Origin: Mobula hypostoma | Lineage: Eukaryota | Length of the DNA: 64,000 nucleotides | NCBI RefSeq assembly: GCF_963921235.1 | Contig: NC_086108.1 | Location: forward strand, 2,232,001-2,296,000 | Direction: 5' to 3' | Part shown: one piece after another, positions 47,955 through 61,500 of the stretch | Numbering within the stretch: the stretch's first letter is position 1 | Layout of the letters: every line of letters starts with the position of its first letter | Position numbers and translations under genes: made by a program | Notes under the pieces: model-generated | Databases searched by the model: none | The model's input: the letters and a program-made list of their open reading frames with translations, nothing else | What the model was told of the DNA's origin: nothing

Positions 47955-49680
47955 CACAAAATACTCTGCAGATGCTGGGGTCAAAGCAACATGCACAACA
48001 CGCTGGAGGAAATCAGCAGGTTGGGCAGCATCCGTGGAAAAGATCGGTCGACGTTTCGGGCCGGAACCCTTCATCAGGACTGTAGGGGGAAGGGGCAGAG
48101 GCTCTATAAAGAAGGTGGGGAGGGTGGGAAGGAGAAGGCTGGTAGGTTCCAGGTGAAAAACCAGTAAGGGGAAAGATAAAGGGGTGGGGGAAGGGAGGCA
48201 GGGAGGTGATAGGCAGGAAAGGTGAAGAAGGAATAGGAGAAAACACAATGGGTAGTAGAAGGAGGTGGAACCAAGAGGGAGGAGATAGGCAGCTGGGGGA
48301 GGGGGCAGAGTGACATAGGGATAGGGGAAGGGAAGGGGAGGGAATTACTGGAAGTTGGAGAATTCTATGTTCATACCAAGGGGCTGGAGACTACCTAGAT
48401 GATATATGAGGTGTTGCTCCTCCAACCTGAGTTTAGCCTCATCATGGCAGTAGAGGAGGCCATGTATGGACGTATCTGAATGGGAGTGGGGAGCAGAGTT
48501 GAAGTGGGTGGCTACTAGGAGATCCTGTCTGTTTTGGCGGACGGAGCGGAGGTGCTCGATGAAGCTGTCCCCCAATCTGATGTAGAGGAGGCCACACCAG
48601 GAGCACCGGATGCAATAGATGACCCCAACAGACTCACAAGTGAAGTGTTGCCTCACCTGGAAGTACTGTTTGGGGCCCTGAATGGTGGCAGGAGAGGAGG
48701 TGTAGGGACAGCTGTAGCACTTGCGCTTACAGGGATAAGTGCCAGGTGGGAGATCCGTGGGGAGGGATGTGTAGACCAGGGAGTAGCGGGGGGACCAATC
48801 CCTGTGGAAAGCAGAGAGGGGTGGAGAGGGAAAGATGTGCTTAGTGGTGGGGTCCTGTTGAAGGTGGCGGAAGTTGCGGAGGATAATGTGCTGGATCCGG
48901 AGGCTGGTGGGGTGGTAGGTGAGGACAAGGGGAACTCTGTCCCTGTTGTGGTGTTGGAAGGATGGGGTGAGGGCCGAAGTGCGGGAAATGGAGGACATGC
49001 AGGTGAGGGCATCATTGATGACGGCAGAAGGGAAACCATGATCCTCAAAGAAAGAGGACATTTGAGATGTCCTGGAATGGAAAGCCTCATCCTGGGAGCA
49101 GATGCGGTGGTGACAGAGGAACTGGGAATAGGGAATAGCAGTTTTTCATGTGACAAGGTGGGAAGAGGTATAGTCGAGGTAGTTATGAGAGTTAGTGGGC
49201 TTATAGAAGATGTCAGTGGACAGTCTGTCTCCAGAGATGGAGACCGAGAGATTGAGAAAGGGGAGAGAAGTTCAGAGATGGACCAAGTGATTTTGAGGTC
49301 TGGGTGGAAGTTAGAAGCAATTTCGATGAAATTGACGAACTCAGCATGGGTGCAGGAAGCAGCACCAATGTAGTCATCAATGTAGCGAAGGAAAAGTTGG
49401 GGAGCAGTACCAGTAAAGGTTTGGAGCACAGACTGTTCCACATAACCAATGAAGAGGCAGGCATAGCTCAGGCCCATGCGAGTGCCCATAGCTACACCCT
49501 TAGTCTGAAGAAAGTAGGAAGAGCCAAAAGAGAAGTTATTAACTGTGAGTACCAGTTCTGCCAACTGGAGGAGGGTTGTGGTGATGGGGAACTGGTGAGG
49601 TCTATTGTCCAGGAAGTAGCAGAGGGCTTTGAGGCCTTCTTGATGGGGAATGGAAGTGTATAAGGATTGGACATCCATAA
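47955..49680 (-). mobile_element. 5'-truncated Penelope-like element (Neptune type): RT, Cys-rich linker, GIY-YIG, terminal repeat
   Basis: MDVQSLYTSIP, GVAMG, FLRYIDD, CKRKCYSC and VIYCIRC..LLYI motifs. Confidence 0.9.
48045..48082 (-). ncRNA. Minimal hammerhead ribozyme motif (core intact, one helix I mismatch)
   Basis: CAGTC-CTGATGA-A-GGGTTCCGGCCC-GAAAC-GTC^GACCG. Confidence 0.72.
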
Positions 49681-50105
49681 GTACTGAGACAGTACAATAT
49701 GGGTGCAATACTGCTTAGCGCTGTGATGTGAGGTTCAGCAGGGTCACAGCCTCAGGGAAGAAGCTCTTCCTGTGCCTGCTGGTGCGGGAGCGGAGGCTCC
49801 TGTAGCGCCTACTGGATGGGAGGAGAGTAAAAAGTTCATGGTTAGGGTGAGATGCATCCCTGATAATGCTTTTCACCCGCCCAGGCAGCGTTTATGGTAG
49901 ATGTTCTCAATGGTGGGCAATTGGGTGCTGATAATCCACTGGGCAGTTTTCACCACACGCTGGAGTGCTTTGCGGTCTGATACGGGACAATTGCCATACC
50001 ACACTGAGATGCAGTTGGTGTGTATGCTCTCAATGGTACGGCGGTAAAAGTCCGTCAGTATCCTAGGACAGAGGTGAGCTTTCTTCATGCTCCGCAGGAA
50101 ATAAA
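49681..50105 (-). mobile_element. Internal Rex1/Babar fragment lacking both ends, at the Penelope inversion junction
   Basis: LYFLRSMKK...CISVWYGNC; homologous to ~46058-46483. Confidence 0.82.
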
Positions 50106-50127
50106 GGGCCCCTACCCCCTCCTTCTT

Positions 50128-50165
50128 CAGTCCTGATGAAGGGTTCCGGCCCGAAACATTGACTG
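50128..50165 (+). ncRNA. Minimal hammerhead ribozyme motif with decayed cleavage site (ATT)
   Basis: CAGTC-CTGATGA-A-GGGTTCCGGCCC-GAAAC-ATT-GACTG. Confidence 0.6.
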
Positions 50166-53100
50166 TTCGTTTCCACAGATGCTGCCCGACCTGCTGAGTT
50201 CCTCCAGCGGGTTGTGCGTGTTGCTTTGACCCCTGCATCTGCAGAGTATTTTGTGTTTAAGATGCTGCAAAGTCTCTTCAAGGTATGCCTACCCTGAAGA
50301 AGTTTAAATCCTCTCTTCGACGGGAGTTCAGTGAGACCCTCTCTCACTGCTCCCTCTCTGTGATCTCCGCCTCTCTCCGACTCTTTGACCAGATCCTGAC
50401 CCAGACCCACTACCACACGCCACGTCTCCTTCCTGGGAACGTGTCTTGGCCGCCATCTTGTACAGCAGGGATTCCAGCTCTGGCTCCAGGCCTCCCAGTT
50501 TGGTCCCAGCGAAGGTCCCAGGTACCTCTGTTTCATTGACGGCTGCTCCCGCCGGATTCTCCGCGCCATGCTCACTGCCATGCGAAGATACCTATGGGCC
50601 CTGTCCCTCTGTCTGCCACCACTCCGGGCCTCGCTCTTCACCATCTGCCATGGACCTCTCCTACACATCATTCTCCACCGGATTCACGCCTCCAACCGCC
50701 GTTTCTTCTCCTTCCTCGTGTCCAAGAAGGACCACAAGCTCACCCACCTGGAGCCCACGACAACGATCAGCTCCAGCCTGGACCCCCACCCCTCGGACCT
50801 CGACTTCTCAGGCCTTCGGCAGGCCGAAGACCCATCCGCCTCTGACTCTGACCCCGACTGGAACCACAACCTCCCGGACATGGGCACCTGACCCCCCGGC
50901 GGGCCATGTACTCGCTCACCTCCGACTCCGACCTCAGCTCTGGGGCCCTGCAGGCTGCAGGCTCCGCCACCCCCAGCTCCGGATCCAGCTCAGACCGAGA
51001 TCCCGACCCTCTCCGGACCGGGAATGCTCTTACTGCCACTGGGTCCTACCGCCCGCCTGATTCCCCCACTACCCTCTTTCCTCCCCGTGACTCCCAACCT
51101 TCCCTCTACCCCTCATCCCCCTCCATTCCTCTGATCCATCATCCTCCCCTAACAATGCTCTCCCTGAACATCCCAACACCCCTGTCCCTCCTGAGACCTC
51201 CCACTCTTCACCCTCCTCCGAACCCAGCCCCAACCCTTGCCGTGTCTTCACCATCCCCTCTGACCTTCCCCTCTCTGAGGCAGAACGTTCTGTCCTTAGC
51301 AAGGGCCTCACTTTTGTCCCCCTCCGTCCACACCTCAGTGAGTTCCATGCCCGCCATGACGCTGAACTCTTCTTCCGTCGCCTACGTCTCCGAGCCTACT
51401 TCTTTGGCAAGGATTCCCCTCCCCCTACTGATGACCCCTTCTCCTGTCTTCAACCCTCCTCCTCCTCCTGGACACCCCGTCCGGGCCTTCTACCTGCACT
51501 CGATCTCTTCATCTCCAACTGTCGCCGAGACATCAACCATCTCAACTTCACCACTACTATCTCCTGTTCCAACCTCATTCCCTGAGAACACACTGCCCTC
51601 CACTCTCTCCACACTAATCCCAACCTCATCATCAAACCTGCTGACAAAGGTGGTGCTGTTGTAGTCTGGCAGATGGACCTCTACCTCACTGAGGCCAAAA
51701 GGCAGCTCTCTGACACCTCCTCTTACTTACCCCTGGAACAGGACCCGCCAAAAAACATCAAACCATTGTCTCCCACACCATCACTGCCCTTATCAACTCC
51801 GGAGACCTTCCATCCTCAGCCACAAAACTCATAATTCCCACACCCCGTACCGCTCGGTTTTACCTCCTCCCCAAGATCCACAAGCCTGACTGTCCCGGTA
51901 GACCCATAGTTTCTGCCTGCTCCTGTCCCACCGAACTTGTATCTGCCTATCTGGACTCCATTTTGTCACCCATAGTTCAGTCCCTCCCCACCTACATCCA
52001 GGATACATCTCATGCCCTCCACCTCTTCAATAACTTCCAGTTCCCCGGTCCTGACTGCCTCATTTTCACTATGGATGTCCAATCCTTAAACACCTCCATT
52101 CCCCATCAAGAAGGCCTCAAAGCCCTCCGCTACTTCCTGGATAATAGACCTCACCAGTTCCCCACCACTACCACCCTCTTCCAGTTGGTGGAACTGGTTC
52201 TCACACTCAATAACTTCTCTTTTGGCTCTTCCCACTTTCTTCAGACTAAGGGTGTAGCTATGGGAACTCGCATGGGACCCAGCTACGCCTGCCTCTTCGT
52301 TGCTTATGTGGAACGGTCTGTGCTCCAAACCTACTCTGGTACTGCTCCCCAACTTTTTCTTCGGTACATTGACGACTACATTGGTGCTGCTTCCTGCACC
52401 CATGCTGAGTTCGTCAATTTCATCGACTTTACTTCAAACTTCCACCTAGCCCTCAAATTCACTTGGTCTATCTCGGACACTTCTCTCCCCTTTCTCAATC
52501 TCTCGGTCTCCATCTCAGGAGACAGACGGTCCACTGACATCTTCTATAAGCCCACTGACTCTCATAACTACCTCGACTATACCTCTTCCCACTCCGCCAC
52601 ATGCAAAAATGCCATTCACTATTCCCAGTTCCTCCATCTCCGCCGCATCTGCTCCTAGGATGAGGCTTTCCATTCCAGGACATCTCAAATGTCCTCTTTC
52701 TTTAGGGATCGTGGTTTCCCTTCTGCCATCATCAATGATGCCCTCACCCACATCTCCTCCATTTCCTCCACTTTGGCCATCACCCCATCCTCCTGTCACC
52801 ACAACAGGGACAGAGTTCCCCTGGTCCTCACCTACCACCCCACCAGCCTCTGGATCCAGCACATTATCCTCCACAACTTCCACCACCTTCAACAGGACCC
52901 CACCACTAAGCACATCTTTCCCTCTCCACCCCTCTCCGCTTTCCGCAGGGATTGGTCCCTCCGTGACTCCCTGGTCTACACGTCCCTCCCCACGGAACTC
53001 CTACCCGGCACTTATCCCTGTAAGCGCAAGTGCTACACCTGTCCCTACACCTCCTCTCTTGCCACCATTCAGGGCCCCAAACAGTACTTCCAAGTGAGGC

Positions 53101-53240
53101 AACACTTCACTTGTGAGTCTGTTGGGGTCATCTATTGCATCTGGTGTTCCTGGTGCGGCCTCCTCTACATCGGTGAAACCTGACGCAGATTGGGGGACCG
53201 CTTCGTCGAGCACCTCCGCTCCGTCCGCCACAACAGACAG

Positions 53241-53876
53241 GAATTGACAATAAAATGGACTGGTCAAAGAACACTGAGGCTGTCTACAAGAAGGATCAGA
53301 GCCATCTCTATTTCCTGAGGAGACTGTGGTCCTTTAACATCTGCTGGACGATGCTGAGGATGTTCTACGAGTCTGTGGTCGCCAGTGCTATCATATTTTG
53401 TGTGCTGGGGCAGCAGGCTGAGGGGAGCAGACACCAACAGAATCAACAAACTCATTCGTAAGGCCAGTGATGTTGTGGGGATGGAACTGGACTCTCTGAC
53501 AGTGGTGTCTGAAAAGAGGATGCTGTCCAAGTTGCATGCCATCTTGGACAATGTCTCCCATCCACTACATAATGTACTGGGTGGGCACAGGAGTACATTC
53601 AGCCAGAGACTCATTCCTCCGAGATGCAACACTGAGTGTCATAGGAAGTCATTCCTGCCTGTGGCCATCAAACTTTACAACTCCTCCCTTGGAGGGTCAG
53701 ACACCCTGAGCCAACAGGCTGGTCCTGGACTTATTTCCATCTGGCATAATTTACATATTATTATTTAATTATTTATGGTTTTATATTGCTATATTTATAC
53801 TCTATTCTTGGTTGGTGCAACTGTAAAGAAAACCAATTTCCCTCGGGATCAATGAAGTATGTCTATCTATCTATCT
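53241..53876 (+). mobile_element. Rex1/Babar 3' fragment inserted into the Penelope GIY-YIG region
   Basis: Near-identical, inverted, to ~58341-58966; microsatellite tail. Confidence 0.85.
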
Positions 53877-54305
53877 CCCGGTTGACACCCACTGCTTCCC
53901 ATTCCCATTCAGATATGCCCATACATGGCCTCCTCTACTGCCATGATGAGGCTAAACTCGGGTTGGAGGAGCAACACCTCAGTCTAGGTAGTCTCCAGCC
54001 CCTTGGTATGAACATAGAATTCTCCAACTACCGGTAATTCCCTCCCCCTCCCTCCCCCTATCCCTATGTCACTCTGCCCCCTCCCCCAGCTGCCTATCAC
54101 CTCCCTCATGGTTCTGCCTCCTTCTACTACCCATTGTGTTTTCCCCTATTCCTTCTTCACCTTTCCTGCCTATCCCCTCCCTGCCTCCCTTCCCTCACCC
54201 AGCCCTTTATCTTTCCCCTTACTGGTTCTTCACCTGGAACCTACCAGCCTTCTCCTTCCCACCCTCCCCCCACCTTCTTTATAGAGCCTCTGCCCCTTCC
54301 CCCTA

Positions 54306-54343
54306 CAGTCCTGACGAAGGGTTCTGGCCCGAAACGTCGACTG
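54306..54343 (+). ncRNA. Minimal type I hammerhead ribozyme motif (intact) in the Penelope 3' pseudo-LTR
   Basis: CAGTC-CTGACGA-A-GGGT(TCTG)GCCC-GAAAC-GTC^GACTG: 5-bp helix I, 4-bp helix II, palindromic ACGT in place of helix III. Confidence 0.78.
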
Positions 54344-54402
54344 ATCTTTTCCACGGATGCTGTCCGACATGCTGAGTTCCTCCAGCGTGTTGTGAGTGTT
54401 GC

Positions 54403-55050
54403 ACCTTCTAGCTGATGGCAGCAGTGAGAAAAGAGCATGGGTTGGGTGGTGAGAATCTTTGATGATGGATGTTGCTTTCCTATGGCAACGTTTCATGTCG
54501 ATGTGCTCTACGTTTGGGAGGTTTTATCTGTGTTGGACTGGACGAAACACTAAAGTCTGTAGGTTTTCTGCTCAAAGGCGTTGGTGTTCCCATACCAGGA
54601 AGTAACGCAGCCAGTCAGCACACTTTCTACCACACATCTATAAAAGTTCGCAAGGTTTTTGATGACATACCAGATCTCCTGATGTGCCTTCTTTGCAATT
54701 ACATTTATATGATAGAACAGGTCTTCTGAGAGAGTGACACCCAGGAATTTAAACTTACTGACCTTCTCCACCTCTGATCCTACGATAATTACTGGCTTCT
54801 GGACCTCTGGATTTCCTCTCCTGAAGTCCACCATCAGTTAATTGGTTTTATTGACATTGAGTGAGAGGTTGTTGTTATTTCGCCACCCAGCCAAGTTTTC
54901 AGTCTCCCTCCTGTATGCTGATTCGATTCATCACCATCTTTGATAGAGTCCACAAAGAGTATCATCAGCAAACTTGTATTTGGTGTTGGAGTTGTACTTG
55001 GCCACACAGTCACAGGTATAAAGTGAGTAGAGCAGGGGCTAAGCACACAT
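54403..55050 (-). mobile_element. Degenerate Rex1/Babar fragment (its 3' part lies at ~47550-47954, across the Penelope block)
   Basis: VDFRR, FKFLGV and ESVLTGC motifs; colinear with sequence left of 47955. Confidence 0.72.
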
Positions 55051-55595
55051 CCCTATTGTGTTTCTGTGCAGACGGAGCTGAGGCGCTCTCTTGTTGATGG
55101 AGATTTTTGAGCTGTGGTGCTCCTGTGCAGATGTGGTATTCTGATGCTGATGGAGATAGTGTATCTGTGTACTCCGATGGTAATTGTAGAAGTGTGGTGT
55201 TCCTGCATTGATGGAGACTGTGGAGCTCTGGTGTTTCTCTGTTGTTGGAGATGTGGTGTTTCTACGCAGATGGAGATTGTGAAGTTGTGAAGCCCCGTGC
55301 TGATGCAGAGAGTGGAGCTGATTTACTCCTGTGCAGATGGACATTGTGGAGATGTTGTGCTTCTGTGTTGATGGAAATTGTGGTGCTGTGAAGCACCTAT
55401 GCTGAATACAATTGTGGATCTGTGCTGATGGAGATTGTGGAGCTGTGGCTCTCTTGTGCCAATGGAGAATTTGGAATGTGAAGCTCCTGTGCTGATGGAG
55501 ATAGTGGAACTGATTTGCTCATGTACTGATGAAGATTGTGGAAATATGCAGCTCCTCCACTGATGGAAATTGTGGAGCTGTGGTCTTCCTGTGGT
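55050..55595. repeat. Degenerate ~30-bp tandem repeat derived from the Rex RT segment TISISTGAPQ
   Basis: Units such as GCTGTGGTGCTCCTGTGCTGATGGAGATTGTGGA; minus strand translates ISSTISISTGAS. Confidence 0.75.
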
Positions 55596-58500
55596 CATAT
55601 AACCATTACAGTACATAAACATACCATCTCGGCCCTTGTAGTCCGTGCCAAACTCTTACTCTCACCTAGTCCCACTGACCTGCACTCAGCCCATAACCCT
55701 CTATTCATTTCCTGTCCATATAGCTGTCCAATTTAACTTTAAACGACAACATCAAACCTGCCTCTACCACTTCTGCTGGAAGCTCATTCCACACAGCTAC
55801 CATTCTGAGTAAAGAAGTTCCCCCTCATGTTACCCCTAAACTTTTGCCCTTTAACTCTCAACTCATGTCCTCTTGTTTGAATCTCCCCCACTCTCAGTGG
55901 AAAAAGCCTATCCACGTCAACTCTATCTATCCCCCTCATAATTTTAAATACCTCTATCAAGTCCCCCCTCAACCTTCTATGTTCCAGAGAATAAAGACCC
56001 AACTTGTTCAACCTTTCTCTGTAACTTAGGTGATGAAAGCCAGGTAACATTCTAGTAAATCTTCTCTGTATTTTCTCTATTTTGTTGACATCTTTCCTAT
56101 AATTCGGTGACCAGAACTGTACACAATACTCCGAATTTGGCCTCACCAATGCCTTGTACAATTTCAACATTACATCCCAACTCCTATACTTAATTGTCTG
56201 ATTTATAAAGGCCAGCATACCAAAAGTTTTCTTCACCACCCTATCCACATGAGATTCCACCTTCAGGGAACTATGCACCATTATTCCTAGATCTCTCTGT
56301 TCTACTGCATTCTTCAATGCCCTACCATTTACCATGTATGTCCTATTTTGATTAGTCCTACCAAAATGTAGCACCTCACATTTATCAGCATTAAACTCCA
56401 TCTGCCATCTTTCAGCCCACTCTTCTAACTGGCCTAAATCTCTCTGCAAGCTTTGAAAACCTACTTCATTATCCACAACTCCACCTATCTTAGTATCATC
56501 TGCATATTTACTCATTCAATTTACCACCCCATCATCCAGATCATTAATGCATATGACAAACAACATTGGACCCAGTACAGATCCCTGAGGCACACCACTA
56601 GTCACCGGCCTTCAAATCTGACAAACGGTAATCCACCACCACTCTCTGGTGTCTCCCATCTAGCCACTGCTGAATCCATTTTACTACTGCCATATTAATA
56701 CTTAACAATTGAACCTTCCGAACCAACGTTCCATGTGGAACCTTGTCAAAGGCCTTACTGAAGTCCATATAGACAACATCCACCGCTTTACCCTCGTCAA
56801 CTTTCCTAGTAACCTCTTCAAAAAATTCAATAAGATTTGTCAAACATGACCTTCCATGCACAAATCCATGTTGACTATTCTTGATCAGACCCTGTCCATC
56901 CAGATAATTATATATACCATATCTAAGAATACTTTCCATTAATTTACCCACCACTGACGTCAAACTTACAGGCCGATAATTGCTAGGTTTACTCTTAGAA
57001 CCCTTTTTAAACAATGGAACAACATGAGCAATACGCCAATCCTCCGGCACCATTCCCGTTTCTAATGACATTTGAAATATTTCTGTCAGAGCCCCTGCTA
57101 TTTCCACACTAACTTCCCTCAAGGTCCTAGGGAATATCCTGTCAGGACCCGGAGACTTATCCACTTTTATATTCCTTAAAAGCTCCAGTACTTCCTCTTC
57201 TTTAATCATCATAGTTTCCATAACTTCCCTACCTGTTTCCCTTACCTTACACAATTCAATATCCTTCTCCTTAGTGAAAACTGAAGAAAAGAAATTGTTC
57301 AAAATCTCCCCCATCTCTTTTCGTTCCTCACATAGCTGTCCACTCTGATTCTCTAAGTGACCAATTTTATCCCTCACTATCCTTTTGCTATTAATATAAC
57401 TGTAGAAACCCTTGGGATTTATTTTCACCTTACTTGCCAAAGCAACCTTGTATCTTCTTTTAGTTTTTCTAATTTCTTTCTTAAAATTCTTTTTACATTC
57501 TTTATATTCCTCGAGCACCTCATTTACTCCATGCTGCTTATATTTATTGTAGATATCTCTCTTTTTCCGAACCAAGTTTCCAATATCCCTTGAAAACCAT
57601 GGCTCTCTCAAATGTTTAACCTTTCCTTTCAACCTAACAGGAACATAAAGATTCTGTACTCCCAACATTTCACCTTTAAATGACCTCCATTTCTCTATTA
57701 CATTCTTCCCATAAAACAAATTGTCCCAATCCACTCCTCCTAAATCCTTTCACATCTCCTCAAAGTTAGCCTTTCGCCAGTCAAAAATCTCAACCCTGGG
57801 TCCAGCCCTATCCTTCTCCATAATTATATTGAAACTAATAACATTGTGATCACTGTCCCGAAGTGCTCCCCAACACAAACCTCCGTCACCTGCCCTATCT
57901 CATTCCCTAACAGGAGATCCAACACTGCCCCTTCTCTCGTTGGTACCTCTACGTATTGCTGCAAAAAACAATCCTGCACACATTTTACAACCTCCAAACC
58001 ATCCAGCCCTTTTACAGTATGGGCTTCCCAGTCTAAGCGTGGAAAATTAAAATCTCCCACAATCACAACTTTGTGCTTACTACAAATATCTTCTATCTCC
58101 CTACAAATTTGCTCCTCCAATTCTTGCTCCCCATTTGGTGGTCTATTATATACCACCATAAGAGTTACTACACCTTTCCCATTCCTCAATTCCACCCAAA
58201 TAGCCTCCCTAGCCGAGCCCTGTAATCTATCCTGCCGGAGCACCGCTGTAATATTTTCTCTGACAAGCAATGCAACACCTCCCCCTCTTGCCCCTCCAAT
58301 TCTATCACACCTGAAGCAATTAAATCCAAGAATATTTAGTCATAGTCATACTCTATTGATCCCGGGGGAAATTGCTTTTCGTTACAGTTGCACCATAAAT
58401 AATAAATAGTAATAGAACCATAAATAGTTAAATAGTAATATGTAAATTATGCCAGTAAATTATGAAATAAGTCCAGGACCAGCCTATTGGGTCAGGGTGT

Positions 58501-61500
58501 CTGGCCCTCCAAGGGAAGAGTTGTAAAGTTTGATGGCCACAGGCAGGAATGACTTCCTATGACACTCTGTGCTGCATCTCGGTGGAATGAGTCTCTGGCT
58601 GAATGTACTCCTGTGCCCAACCAGTACATTATGTAGTGGATGGGAGACATTGACCAAGATGGCATGCAACTTAGACAGCATCCTCTTTTCAGACACCACC
58701 GTGAGAGAGTCCAGTTCCATGCCCACAACATCACTGGCCTTACGAATGAGTTTGTTGATTCTGTTGGTGTCTGCTACCCTCAGCCTGCTGCCCCAGCACA
58801 CAACAGCAAACATGATAGCACTGGCCACCAAAGACCCGCAGAACATCCTCAGCATCGTCCGGCAGATGTTAAAGGACCTCAGTCTCCTCAGGAAATAGAG
58901 ACGGCTCTGACCCTTCTTGTAGACAGCCTCAGTGTTCTTTGACCAGTCCAGTTTATTGTCAATTCGTATCCCCAGGTATTTGTAATCCTCCACTATGTCC
59001 ACACTGACCCCCTGGATGGAAACAGGGGTCACCGGTACCTTAGCTCTCCTCAGGTCTACCACCAGCTCCTTAGTCTTTTTCACATTAAGCTGCAGATAAT
59101 TCTGCTCACACCATGTGACAAAGTTTCCTACCGTAGCCCTGTACTCAGCCTCATCTCCCTTGCTGATGCATCCAACTATGGCAGAGTTATCAGAAAACTT
59201 CTGAAGATGACAAGACTCTGTGCAGTAGTTGAAGTCCGACGTGTAAATGGTGAAGAATAAGGGAGACAAGACAGTCTCCTGTGGAGCCCCAGTGCTGCTG
59301 ATCACTCTGTCGGACACACACTGTTGCAAGCACACGTACTGTGGTCTGCCAGTCAGGTAATCAAGAATCCATGATACCAGGGAAGCATCCACCTCCATCG
59401 CTGTCAGCTTCTCCCCCAGCAGAGCAGGGCGGATGGTGTTGAACGCACTGGAGAAGTCAAAAAACATGACCCTCACAGTGCTCGCTGGCTTGTCCAGGTG
59501 GGCATAGACACGGTTCAGCAGGTAGACGATGGCATCCTCAATTCCTAGTCGGGGCTGGTAGGCGAACTGGAGGAGATCTAAGTGCGGCCTGACCATAGGC
59601 CGGAGCAGCTCCAGAACAAGTCTGTCCAGGGTCTTCATGATGTGGGAGGTCAATGCCACCGGTCTGTAGTCATTGAGGCCGCTGGGGCGCGGTGTCTTCG
59701 GCACAGGGACGAGGCAGGACGTCTTCCACAGTACAGGAACCCTCCGGAGCCTCAGGCTCAGGTTGAATGCATAGCAAAGTACTCCGCACAGCTGAGGGGC
59801 ACAGGCTTTGAGCACCCTGGTACTGACACCATCCCGTCCTGCAGCCTTGCTTGGGTTGAGACGTTTCAGCTGTCTTCTCACCTGTTCAGCTGTGAAGCCC
59901 ACCGTGGTGGTTTCGTGTGGGGAAGGGATATAGTCATGAGAGCAGGGTGGGGGACTGTGAGGAGGGGTAGGAGGGGAGAGTGGAATATGTGTTGGTTGGG
60001 GGTCGACAACAGATGGCTCATGTGGGGGATGGGCAGGGGTCACAATGTCAAATCTGTTAAAGAACAGGTTATGTTCATTGGCCGTGTCCACACTGCCTTC
60101 AGTTCCTCTGTTGCTAGTTTGCCGGAACCCAGTGATGGTCCTCATCCCCCTCCAGACCTCTCTCATGTTGTTCTGCTGGAGCTTCCACTCAAGCTTCCTC
60201 CTGTACCTGTCTTTAGCCTCCCTGATCCTGGCTTTCAGGTCCCTCTGTATTGCCCTCAGCTCCTCCCTATTTCCATCTCTAAACGCCCTCTTTTTAGCGT
60301 TCAGGATGTCCTTAATGTCCTTTGTCACCCATGGCTTGTTATTTGAATAACAAAGGACAGTTCTTGTTGGAACATTGCAGTCCACACAGAAGTTGATGTA
60401 ATCAGTGATGCACTCTGTGAGCCCGTCAATATCCTCTCCATGTGGCTCACAGAGTGCCTGCCAGTCTGTCACCTCAAAACAACCCTGGAGCGCCTCATAA
60501 GCCTCCTCCGACCATTTCCTCACTGTCCTCGAGGTTGCAGGTTTACTCTTCACCAGAGGCACGTAGCAGGGTTTTAGATGCACCAGGTTGTGATCTGACC
60601 TTCCCAGTGGGGGGAGGGGAGAGGAGCTGCATGCATCCTTAACGTTAGCGTACATCAAATCCAGAGTCCTCTCCCCTCTGGTTGTACAGCTCACATACTG
60701 CGTGAAGTTGGGCAGTGTTCTAGCCATGGTAACCTGGTTGAAGTCACCCGAGATGGTAATGAGGGCACTCGGGTGCTGGGTTTGTAGTCTGGCTATGATG
60801 GTGTAAATGATGTTACACGCCGACGTCAGGTTGGCAGAGGGAGGGATGTACACAACAACCACAATTGCATGCGAGATTTCCCTTGGCAAATAATATGGCT
60901 GGAGTCCAACAGCAAAAAGTTCAATATCCAGCCTACAAACACGTTCCTTGATCGTAATATGACCAGGATTGCACCATCTGTTGTACACCAGAACCGCAAG
61001 CCTCCTCCTTTACGCTTACCGCTCTCAGTGTAATTCTGGTCAGCTCGAACGGTCTGGAAGCCCTCTATGGAAACGCTTTTGTTGCCAATCACACCCCTCC
61101 TGTAACCATGTCTCACTAATAGCTGCCACATCATACTTCCAGGTATCAATCCATGCTTTAAGCTCATCAACCCTTCTTATAATGCTCCTAGCATTAAAAT
61201 CAATGCATTTAAGAACTTTTCCACCTCTTACTCTCTGTTTATCACTAACAGTGCAAACAACTTTACTATTTTCTTTTTCTTCCTTCTTCCCTACATCGGT
61301 TCCTACACTCTGGTTCCCCTCCCCCCTCGTATCTAGTTTAAATCCACCGGAGCCGCTCTAGCAAACCTACCTGCAAGAATATTTGTCCTCCTCCAGTTCA
61401 GATGTAGACCGTCCCACTGGAACAGGTCCCACCTTCCCTGGAAAACTGCCCAAATATCTATAAATCTGAAGCCCTCCCTCCTGCACCATGTCTTCAGCCA

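Larger units (their letters stand above)
50106..54402 (+). mobile_element. Near full-length decayed Penelope-like element with 5' and 3' pseudo-LTRs, interrupted by a Rex insertion
   Basis: KPADKG, YLLPKIHK, FLRYIDD, CKRKCYTC and VIYCIWCSWCGLLYIGET motifs; terminal direct repeats carry hammerhead cores. Confidence 0.92.
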
